Below, in pieces: positions 19,609 through 29,700 of a stretch of 34,043 nucleotides of DNA (position 1 is the first letter of the stretch; the number at the start of each line of letters is the position of its first letter). The notes beneath the pieces were generated by a model. It was not told the origin of the DNA, searched no databases, and saw only the letters and a program-made list of their open reading frames with translations. A program made the translations under genes and the position numbers. Source of the DNA: Trichomonas gallinae (Eukaryota). The DNA is taken from positions 1 through 34,043 of the forward strand of contig MRSU01005972.1 in assembly GCA_008369845.1 (NCBI GenBank), in the 5' to 3' direction.

Positions 19609-20293
19609 TAGTGAATATGTTATTGAGATACACTTATTCTTTTACATAAATGAATTTCTCTAATACGACAAATGACATAGCATCATTGTTTTTTTCTGAT
19701 GTATCCTTTGGCAAAGAACGAAGATTTTATCAAAATTTTCACTTGTTTATGGAATCTATTTCAATTCTTCGATGTATTCGTTTGCTTCCTGGCTTTGTTT
19801 CTGTGATATAGATCTTTTATGTATTTGTGTTTGAGTAGTAACTCCCGGAGATATTTTTTGTGGATTTTGTTCGATTTCAGAACAGATGCACACATGAGTC
19901 ATGAAACATTTATAAAATATCATTTCTTTAAATATCTTATTATTATGTGTAAAATTGATGAGTTAGACATAATGCATCTGTTTTCTGGAAAGACGCCAAC
20001 TAAAATATAATCAATATATATAATTAAACAAATACAAATGATGAGTTTCTTATGACAATGATAAAATATGTAAATGAAATTTTTATAATAATAATAATAA
20101 TAATAAACAAATACAATTGATGAAATACTTTAATGTTGATATCTGCACTATGTTCGACAAGAAATTACAAAAGAACGTCGCATTTAGGATATCTGAATAA
20201 TGCGTCTGGAAAGTCAAGTGAGCGTCGCATGGTTTTTAGTGGAAATTGTAGATCAAAATCGATTAGAAAATATGGAAGTCTATTCATGAAAAA

Positions 20294-22933
20294 TTAGTTT
20301 CTTTCGAAAATCTTATACATTTCGTGTAAAGACCGAACTCTTATGAATGATAAGTTCGATATAAGTTCTGCAGGAGGGAAAAATATCGATGTTTTGAGTT
20401 CAGGGAATAAAATATCTCTGACAGCAATTTGAAGACTCTCGTTTTCTCCATCTTCTTCTGTTGGTGAGTATAGCATTGCCAGCTCATTACATATATACCC
20501 TATACATTCTATTTCTCCCTCCCATTCCGCGTCAGCTAACCTTGAAAGAAACAAAGGTAGCATGGAAAATGTTGGCTCATAGTTAACAACAATCATTGGC
20601 ATTTCTAGTAATAAACCATTTTGATTAATTTTTATGTTGAACAAATCCGACAGCATTTCAGAGTGTTCTATCAAAATTGATGCAATTTTGTTGCCATCAG
20701 CATTTATCAATGAGCAAATATTTGTTATGTTTATTGGCTCCTCGAATTTGATTCTTCCAAAGTTGCCAACATTCGCTAAGGATGACTGATAGAACAAAAC
20801 CCTGAAAACTTGGAAGAGGTGAACAGCATATAATGTCTCATCAGCAGAAATCAAGCCATATTTCATTCCTATCAAACCAACGAATGAATGCGCTCTGAAG
20901 ATTGTTGACAGTGGATCATAGTTGTTTGATTTTTCATCTGCTAACAAAGCAGCAGCTCCTTTTAAGTTCATTTCTCTTTTAACTGCATTTGGATCTCTGC
21001 TCCTTGTTTCATTTGCAGAAGCAGCTGTCAGTACTTGTTCCAATGTTTGGATATTAGGGTCTCCTCTGCCCATACTTTTCGGACTGAATTTGAGTTCTTC
21101 GAAAATGTTTGATGGTTTCTTGTTGAAAGGCTTCTGTTTATCAACACCGGGCGTAAATAAACTGGATGGTATATTTGTTTGTTGTTTAATTGGTTCTTCT
21201 GTTATTTCTTTGACTGTTCCTGAGAATTCAACTGATGACCTCATGTATGGATTTCTTGACATTCTTCTGTTTGGGCTCTGTGGCTCACTGGATTCAGATG
21301 ATATATCAGTGAGATTTGATTCATTCAGTGACACTGTTGGGACTTCAAAGTGTCTGTCTTCAATACTGATTGTTGCCCTAACTTTTGTTTCTTTCACAGG
21401 ACTTTCTTCTACAATACTATCTTGCTCGTCGTCACTTTCATCTTTCACATCAGTATCTTTTTCATTTTGGTTTTGAATGGTTTCATTATCATCATTTCGT
21501 TGATATGAAGAATATTGAGTTTCAGTTTCATTATTTGTAGTATTATTATCTTCTTTTCGAGAATTTTCGCCATAATTGTAAACTTCTTCAGTTTTGCGAT
21601 TTTCTTTGTTTTGAGCAGTATAATCATTATTAGAAACTTCTTCATTTCGAATTTTGATATTTTCAGAATTTTGATCATTGTTTATAAGTGAATTTTGGTT
21701 TTCATTACGACTATTAATATTACTTTCATTGCTTATTTTCGTTTGTTGATTATCTGTAATGATATGAGTATCTGTGGATTTAGGAATATAGTTATCATCG
21801 TCAATGGATGGAATAGATCTGGTGATTTCTCTTGACGATATAATCGAAGAAAGCTTTGGATATTCTGCCTGAGATTTTGTTTGTGAATTCTTCTTATGTT
21901 TTGATTCGCCTTCATTGAATTTTCTTGTTTTCGACAAACTTCTAAGCTGATCAAGAATCTCAGAGCAAATTTTGTCAATCAAAGTTTGCTCGTTTGTGAA
22001 AATTACATCTTTCTTTGTGGGATGAACATTGACGTCGACTTTATCCGGCGGCATCGTCAACATAACGAAAGCGAAAGGTTTTTCATCGCGCATCAAGAAA
22101 CCACTGTAAACCGCGTTAATTGCTCTCTTTATGTGGTCGCACTGTACCAGTCTGCCATTAACAAAAACCGCAGACTCTTTCAGTTGTTTTTTGGCAGATG
22201 GTGAGCCTAAATACATCTCAACTGATGTATTTTTAGCAATATCTGCTTTGTGAACGAATGTGGATGCTCTTGCATCAACACCGTATAAAAGAGAAATGAC
22301 ATCATAATGATTTGAATTATCTCCTAAAGTCATCATCTTTTCTTTATCATCACAGTAGACTGAAATACTTACATGAGGATATGCAATAGCATAACGCATT
22401 GCAATTTGTAATATTTTGCGGTTTTGAGCAGATGCATCTGGTGATGTTCTTAAACGTGAAGGTTTGTTATAGAAAAGATCAGCAATGGTAACAGTAGTAC
22501 CAGTTGTCATAGGTGTAGTCGTAAGTTCTCCGATTAAAGTTCCATCTTGGTAATTTCCAGAATATCCAAACGATGAATTTGCAGTTTTTGACGTAATATT
22601 TAAATGAGAAACACATGACATAGAGAATAATGCCTCACCACGGAAACCAAAAGTTGTTACGTTTTGAATATCTTTGAAACTTTGAATTTTAGAAGTAGCA
22701 TGACGCTGACAAGCCAATGGTAGATCAGCTAAGCCAATACCACAGCCATTATCTGTAATTCTAATGAGCGAATATCCTCCATTCCGGAGTTCAATTTTAA
22801 TTTGCCTCGAACCAGCATCAATAGAGTTTTCTAGTAGTTCTTTTGCAACATTGGCTGGGAAATTAATGACTTCACCAGCAGCAATTCTCTTGATAACTGA
22901 CTCGTCAAGCTGAAAAATCTTTTGTTCACTCAT
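20294..22933 (-). CDS. MLH1: DNA mismatch repair protein MLH1
   Basis: IAAGEVI, KELLENSIDAG, DNGCGI, HATSK, TFGFRGEAL and VDVNVHPTK. MLH1 C-terminal domain (HSFVG...YKIFER). No DQHA endonuclease motif. Confidence 0.95.
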   Translation of the reverse strand: MSEQKIFQLDESVIKRIAAGEVINFPANVAKELLENSIDAGSRQIKIELRNGGYSLIRITDNGCGIGLADLPLACQRHATSKIQSFKDIQNVTTFGFRGEALFSMSCVSHLNITSKTANSSFGYSGNYQDGTLIGELTTTPMTTGTTVTIADLFYNKPSRLRTSPDASAQNRKILQIAMRYAIAYPHVSISVYCDDKEKMMTLGDNSNHYDVISLLYGVDARASTFVHKADIAKNTSVEMYLGSPSAKKQLKESAVFVNGRLVQCDHIKRAINAVYSGFLMRDEKPFAFVMLTMPPDKVDVNVHPTKKDVIFTNEQTLIDKICSEILDQLRSLSKTRKFNEGESKHKKNSQTKSQAEYPKLSSIISSREITRSIPSIDDDNYIPKSTDTHIITDNQQTKISNESNINSRNENQNSLINNDQNSENIKIRNEEVSNNDYTAQNKENRKTEEVYNYGENSRKEDNNTTNNETETQYSSYQRNDDNETIQNQNEKDTDVKDESDDEQDSIVEESPVKETKVRATISIEDRHFEVPTVSLNESNLTDISSESSEPQSPNRRMSRNPYMRSSVEFSGTVKEITEEPIKQQTNIPSSLFTPGVDKQKPFNKKPSNIFEELKFSPKSMGRGDPNIQTLEQVLTAASANETRSRDPNAVKREMNLKGAAALLADEKSNNYDPLSTIFRAHSFVGLIGMKYGLISADETLYAVHLFQVFRVLFYQSSLANVGNFGRIKFEEPINITNICSLINADGNKIASILIEHSEMLSDLFNIKINQNGLLLEMPMIVVNYEPTFSMLPLFLSRLADAEWEGEIECIGYICNELAMLYSPTEEDGENESLQIAVRDILFPELKTSIFFPPAELISNLSFIRVRSLHEMYKIFERN

Positions 22934-23836
22934 TAAAAATTTATCACTTCCTCGGAGGAAGTAAATTACACGACAAAAATATTAATTTACATGGCAAAAA
23001 TTCACAAAAGTGAATTATTTTCATCCCAAAAAGTGGACCTTTTTTGAGAAAATTTCCTCTCGAATATAATATCAGAGGGACATATGTAATACACTATATT
23101 GATATTGACTTTTACAACAAAATTTTTTCTTACACCTCCTTCTAAAAACAGGTTTCGATGAAGTCCAACACTTGACTTAATATTTCTTATGATGTTATAA
23201 GCAGATATATTAAATACATTGTCTTATGCCAGTCTTTTATTGTTTTGAGTCTTCATGTTATATATATTTTGCAACTTTTGATAAATTGAGCCAGTTTCTT
23301 GAAACATCAAAAGTGTGCGAAATATTAAACATTCTCATGAACCATTCAAAGTTCTATTCTCTCATTCATTTAGGGTGTGTAATATACTTATCTGTTTACA
23401 GGCTAGGTTAGTTCAGTTCTATTTAGTTAAGCTAGTAGACTTCAATTATTAACCTGTGAATTTTTGACAAATGTCAGAATATGCTTTTAAGGGAACATAA
23501 TGGAACGATGTCAAAAAAAATGTTTTTTGACATGTAAAACAATTCACCAAATTGCCAGATTAGAATTTGGGGATCATCATCGTCAATTGCGTCCATCTAT
23601 TCAGTCCATTGCCATCATCTATGGTTAGCAAAACTGAATATCATAACAAACATGCTTGGTAACGAATGCTTTTATATAATATAAGAAAAATACTGACAAT
23701 TTATTTTACAAATTGTAAACTGATATTTTCGTTTTTGCTTTAAAATGGATTAGAGTAGGTTTAAGAGTGCATTTCTTAAATATTGAATTCGATTCACCCC
23801 CTTTTAAAATTTTTCTAAATCAAAATTGAGAAAAAA

Positions 23837-24439
23837 ATGTCAATGAGTGGAGTACCGAAAACTCAAAGGCCAACCCTCAAGATTATCCTTGTTGGAAGTA
23901 GTGGTGTGGGCAAGACATGTCTCACATCAACATATTTCAGGCAAAGCTTCGATTTTCAAACTCCACCTACAGTCGCACCTGCATATAGTTGTGCAGATGT
24001 GAAAAAATCAGATGGAACTCCTGTATCTCTTCAAATATGGGATACTGCTGGTCAAGAAAGATATCATTCTGTAAGTAAATGTTTCTTCCGCGATTCTGAT
24101 ATTGCATTTGTTTGCTTTGAAGCAGGCGAAGCTGAGTCAACGAAAGAAGTGCCAAACTGGATCAAGAGAGTTCGAGATGAGGTACCAACTTGCACGATTT
24201 TCTTTGTGATGACAAAATCAGACTTACACACACCTCAAGAAATTAAACAGATTAAAACCGCAGCAGAAGCTGAGTTTCAAGAATACAATGGAAAAGGAGT
24301 TTTTGTAACTTCTGCATTAGCGAAAGAAGGCGTCAACGAGCTCTTCCAAGCAGCCGCAGAAATGTACAAATCTCGCTCAGCGACTTCGACTGCTACACCA
24401 AAACTATCGGCAAAGAAGAAAGAAAAAGGATGTTGTTAA
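23837..24439 (+). CDS. Rab-family small GTPase (divergent)
   Basis: GSSGVGKT, WDTAGQERY, TKSD (G4), TSA (G5) and a C-terminal CC prenylation motif. Confidence 0.93.
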   Translation: MSMSGVPKTQRPTLKIILVGSSGVGKTCLTSTYFRQSFDFQTPPTVAPAYSCADVKKSDGTPVSLQIWDTAGQERYHSVSKCFFRDSDIAFVCFEAGEAESTKEVPNWIKRVRDEVPTCTIFFVMTKSDLHTPQEIKQIKTAAEAEFQEYNGKGVFVTSALAKEGVNELFQAAAEMYKSRSATSTATPKLSAKKKEKGCC

Positions 24440-25232
24440 ATTTCTTTCGAATTGTAATTGTTAAACGTGTTAATCAATCAATACAAGCATTTTATAATAA
24501 AATCTATCATATTTTCCATGATGAAGTTCGATTGTCTCGAAGAAATAATAATATTTTTAACTTTGAATTGAACAAGACTCGCTTACTTAGTGTCTACTTC
24601 ATGCACGCAAGAAATCAATGTTTTGATGAATATTATTTTCAGAAATCTATAAATAATCATGAAAACGAGCCAATAACACTAAATACATTTCATCTTCTCA
24701 AAGAATATATTAAATATGGAGATTAAAATAAGAATTATACGAGATTTTAGGTCGATAATTGAATTACCAATTATACGTAATTTACACAATCGCATTATAA
24801 TGAATGGTTGCAAAATAAGCTATTGCTACGAATTATTTAATCAAAAATGAAAATAATATAATCTTCAATAAAAATCAATCAAAAACAATAAAATAAGCAT
24901 AGTTTCAGTCATTTAAAAGTATAAGAAGCATTTTATAGATAATTCATTCAATATGCATATATGTTGTGTAAAAATGTTAAATATCTTTGATTCTTGTGTT
25001 GTAAGCTGTCTTATAATTTAGATCATTAGATTAATTTATAGTATATGTTTGATAATAGATATAAATGAAGTTAATAAAATCAGACTTTGTTACAAAATAT
25101 TCAATATTTTAACTGAATCGTTTTTAAGAAATAATTTAACGGTGGAATTGTAAATTAATACGTGTAGATATCATATCAATAATGAAATCAAACTATTATG
25201 AAATCTGACATGTAAAATAATCAAAAAAAATT

Positions 25233-26396
25233 ATGGGGCAGGATCAGAGTCAGCAAGACAACGTTGAAGGCGACTTTTTAGTTGACGGAGAGGCGCCTGA
25301 ATCGTATGTCCGCATGACTTCAGACAGAACTGGCGAAGTTCCATTCTATCATATGGAATCGCAAAAAACCACAATTGCAAACTATGGATTTACAGCACAG
25401 TGGTCTGTTCTTAGTGGTCAAGGAATTACACCACTATCAAGAGGAGGCCATTTTACAATTTACGCAAAAGATTTAAATCGAATTTACATCGGATATGGAT
25501 CAAATCAACGAGGCGACTTGTTTAACGACTGTTGGTACCTTGATGTCAATACATTGACATGGAATCTCTTCCAGTTAAGCGAAGACATAGTTTCTCCGAG
25601 AACTGGTGCTCGAGCAGTTTTAGCAGGAACGAAAATCATCATTTATGGCGGCTACAAGGACCGCACGTACTTAGAAGATTTGCATACAATCGATATTTTA
25701 ACAGGAAAAGTTACTAGAATTCAAACAACCGGAGATTCACCAGGGCCACGTTCTGCCTCAATGATAGCATACCATAACAAGCACCTATTCATTTGGGGTG
25801 GCTATAACGGCGTTTGGCCAACAACTTTGCATATCCTTAATACAGAAACTTTGATTTGGAATTCAGTTGATCCTAATATTTCCGGAAGAACAGCTATTCC
25901 ATACTGCCGTATTGGAAATCGCCTTTACGGCTATGGCTGCAGCAAATCTGGCGGATTCATAGTTTTCGATTGCGAATCTAGGGATCTTCGTGTCGTTAAA
26001 CCACTAGGACAGGCACCAAGAAGTGATGTGATGAATGCCGGAATGTGCGAAGTTGATAATTATTTATTCTATTTTGGTGGAAAGTTCGATGACAACTTTT
26101 CGAATGTTTATGTATACGATGTTGAAAGAAATACATTCTTTATTCTTCCTATTGCACCAGATGACGAAACTGTCTCAATGGCAGATGGAGAAGTAAATGA
26201 TAGTGGATATTTCATGCTTCCTCGTCGCCACAGTTTCACTATGTTCTATAATGACAAGCGTAGACAACTCATGGCTTGCTTAGGCCTTCCAGAACAAGAT
26301 ATTGTTTCAATCTCCGTTTTATCTATTGCAGATGCACTTGCTGTGATCCATCTGCAGAGTGATTTAGTCAGAATGTTTGAAATCAAAAAGATCTAA
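25233..26396 (+). CDS. Kelch-repeat beta-propeller protein, probably N-myristoylated
   Basis: Kelch repeats SPRTGA..IIIYGG, GPRSAS..LFIWGG and APRS..LFYFGG. The N-terminus MGQDQS has G2 and S6. Confidence 0.88.
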   Translation: MGQDQSQQDNVEGDFLVDGEAPESYVRMTSDRTGEVPFYHMESQKTTIANYGFTAQWSVLSGQGITPLSRGGHFTIYAKDLNRIYIGYGSNQRGDLFNDCWYLDVNTLTWNLFQLSEDIVSPRTGARAVLAGTKIIIYGGYKDRTYLEDLHTIDILTGKVTRIQTTGDSPGPRSASMIAYHNKHLFIWGGYNGVWPTTLHILNTETLIWNSVDPNISGRTAIPYCRIGNRLYGYGCSKSGGFIVFDCESRDLRVVKPLGQAPRSDVMNAGMCEVDNYLFYFGGKFDDNFSNVYVYDVERNTFFILPIAPDDETVSMADGEVNDSGYFMLPRRHSFTMFYNDKRRQLMACLGLPEQDIVSISVLSIADALAVIHLQSDLVRMFEIKKI

Positions 26397-26720
26397 ATAT
26401 ATATTTCTGTTATATTATTAATATTATGAATTGATTTGTTCCAAAATATATCAAAAATGATAATGCTATACACACTTTGTTGCCATAAGATAATTTTACA
26501 TATCAAATATTTCACTTTACACGACAAATCCGATACATTTTTGACTGATTACATGCCAAATTGACAAGTTAAAATTTTTAAAAAAGTGAGATACCTAAAA
26601 AATGAAAAATAAACGAGGGGGTTTTATCTGTCAAATAGGGAAATTTTACAATGTCAAATTGTCGGATTTTTCATTCAGAATTTGACAACTAAAATAGGGG
26701 GTGTCGAGGATTTTTCCCCC

Positions 26721-26726
26721 TCATTT
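26721..26726 (+). promoter_or_regulatory. Inr TCATTT
   Basis: Ends 13 nt before the ATG at 26740 and supports that ATG as the true start. Confidence 0.6.
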
Positions 26727-26739
26727 AGTTTTAAATAAA

Positions 26740-29700
26740 ATGAAAAAATTGATTCAAGATTTAGAGGAAACTAAAGCCTTATTTTCTGAAAAAACACGAG
26801 AAGGGGCTTTTATACTCAATGAACTCGGTGAAATTGAAACTGAAAGCGACGAAGAGACATGTACTTATTCGTTTCTTCTTCAGGCCATACGTATTTTGCC
26901 ATATTCAGGAATCAACTCGCGTGTAATTCTACATAAAATACTGCAATATAAACTAAATGACATAATTCTTGATACTTTAACTTCAACAATTCATAAAATT
27001 CCAGATATTGAATGTCAAAGAGCCGCTTTAATCTACTGCTGCAAAGCTTTACCAAGAACACAACTCAAGAACCTTTTAAAAAGCTTTTTTCAAACAAAAA
27101 TTAAAAATTACGATTTCGAACCATTACCATGCATAGATCATCATCCAGGACTTGTAAATCTTGGAAGCCTCTGCTATATGAACTCCATTATACAGATATT
27201 TTACTCTCTGCCTTCATTCGTCCGACATTATTTTAATTCGCCAAATTTATCTCCTACTTATGAAGCATTCACCAAAGTTCTCTATACTATGAACTGCACT
27301 GTCTATCCAGCAGTCAACCCTGTTGAGTTTGTCAGCAGATTCACGTGGAGAGGTGGCCAACAATTGAATCTTCATCAGCAGCAAGACGCATTCGAGTTTT
27401 TCCAATTTTTCTTGCAGAATTCGAACGCTTATGAGGCTGCCACGCAGTTCTGTGGTACTCTCTGCAGCACAATCTCGAATGAAAGCTGCAATCTCAACAA
27501 TAAGATATTCCAGAACTTTTACGGCTTAAGTATTCCAATACGAAGCAGGAAAAATCTCGAAGAAGTAATTTCGACTTTTTCTCTCCCCGAAAGATTGACT
27601 GGTGACGACAGATACTTGTATAATGACACATTGATTGAAGCCGACAAAGTCACGTATATTACAGAATCACCACCTGTTTTAGTCTTCCATTTAGAAAGAT
27701 TTTATTATGACATTGAAAAAAAATGTGAAATGAAAATTAATGATACATTTAGTTTTCCGAACGAAATTGATATATCTCCATGCACAAAGGACGTGGAGCT
27801 GACAAAATACAAGCTACACGGAGTTGTGATACACAATGGAACAGCAGTTGGAGGACACTACGCAGCAATTGTCAAATATAACGAAAAATGGATAAAATTC
27901 AGCGACACGACTATGACGAAACTTTCTCAGAAAGACTTTGATACATATACTATTGGCAGCAAGTCATCGAGAACCAATGCATACTTGCTTGTTTACACAC
28001 GAAATGACTATGAAACATTTGATCCTTTCATTAATGTTCCGCATGATATTATGGAATTCATTGAAAACGACAACCTTTATTACCAGGAGATGATGTTTGC
28101 TATGTCTGAGCCGTTCATCGCTGTCAGTTTGAAATACATTGACACGAAAGAGTTCTATCCATATCTCTTCAACGTTCTTTCGCATTGTAAGACACTGCGC
28201 TCAATGTCTAAGATCATTGTAGAGAAGGTTGTAATGGATCATCCAAATAACATCATTCAGCAAATAATTAAAAACATCCAAGTAGTTGTTGACGTTTTCA
28301 GTTCAGGATCCATTGAAGTCAAGCTGCTGTTCACTAGTATCATATCAAAGAGTATATATAAAGTCGAAACAAAAGACGCTATGAAAGTTTTCAACTCTCT
28401 TTTTGTTGAGATGAAAAACATATTATCGTCTTACAGGAATGTTCCTTATGTATTCATCATAATGACTGTTTATCTCTCAGCCATGGATAGCAACCAGAAA
28501 GTAGCAGAAAAAGAAGGGTGGATGTTGTTATTGATGAAATTCCTCGAAATCATCTACGCGAAGAAGCAGACAGACACATACATCAAGAATGTTGAAATTA
28601 TTGATGTCTTGGATTGCTTCAGGTTACTGGTTGATTACATTGACGAAAAAGCCATTGGTCTTTTAAAAGAACTTTCTCCCAAGATTAGGAAGAACAAGAA
28701 GAATGTCTCAAATTACGAAAAACTCATGGCATTAATTGCATCAAAGCCAAGCAAGCCAAGCACAGATGAAAAATCAGATCAAAAAGAAGGAAATCAAAAT
28801 AAATCTCAGAAAGAAGAAAGCAAGCAAAGTGAAAATGAAATCAAAACTGATGTTAAGAAAGAAGAAGAAAAATGTGAAGAAAAGACTAAGTTTGAAAATA
28901 TCAAACCTGATGATAAGGAAGAAGAAGAAAAGCATGATGAAAATAATGAGAAAGAAAAGGATAAATTTATAGATAGAAAGAACGAAAATGAAGCTAAGAA
29001 AGAATTGGTGAAAATTGATTTTGTTAGTTTACTTCTTACTGAAACTAATGATAATAAGATGAAAGAAACAATCGAGAACCAAGGAATGGATCCAACAAAA
29101 TACCTCAATATGCTAATCGATCATTCGAATGATTATGAAAAAATCGCTATGCGTGCCAATATTTTGTTCCTTCAATACTTATTAGCAGGCTATGAGGAAT
29201 ATCATTCATTGGCATCAAAACTGTGCAGAAGTCTCCCACAACATACTTTAGCACTATCATTCATCAAAAAACTGTCTGACGAAGATGTCATCAAAAAGTA
29301 TCATGAAGACTTCTTCAATGAATTATCACTCGCTATTTCTCACAGTGAGATCGATTTAGACAGCCCCAATAAGGAAATATCCAATTTCATAGGTTCGATT
29401 AAGTCACTGGAATTCAACACAATGCTTCAAATATTGAAGACATTATTAGTTTTCAGAAACGAAGAAATCAAGAAAGAAATTCGTCAAATTTTGACATTCA
29501 CTGAAGAAAATTACAGAAAGTCGGTTGAATTGATGCTCAATATTTCACGTGATGACTTCTTCGAGTACATATTCCAAGACTTCGAAATATCGAACACTTG
29601 GCAGCTGAAAATTCTGCGCGAAATTTTAGGAAACTTAGAGCTTTCTCAGAAAGAAATTGGAGTTGGCCAAAATTGGATTGTTAGCATTTTCAACAGATAT

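Noticed and set aside
20021..20125. 20-bp direct repeat TAAACAAATACAA(A/T)TGATGA and an (AAT)n run
   Set aside because: Ordinary slippage or micro-duplication in AT-rich DNA.
24430..24726. 98-aa ORF overlapping the Rab stop codon
   Set aside because: Low GC, no motif, and it lies in the expected 3' UTR.
26701..26739. GTG-initiated N-terminal extension of the USP
   Set aside because: Eukaryotic gene; an Inr at 26721 points to the ATG at 26740.
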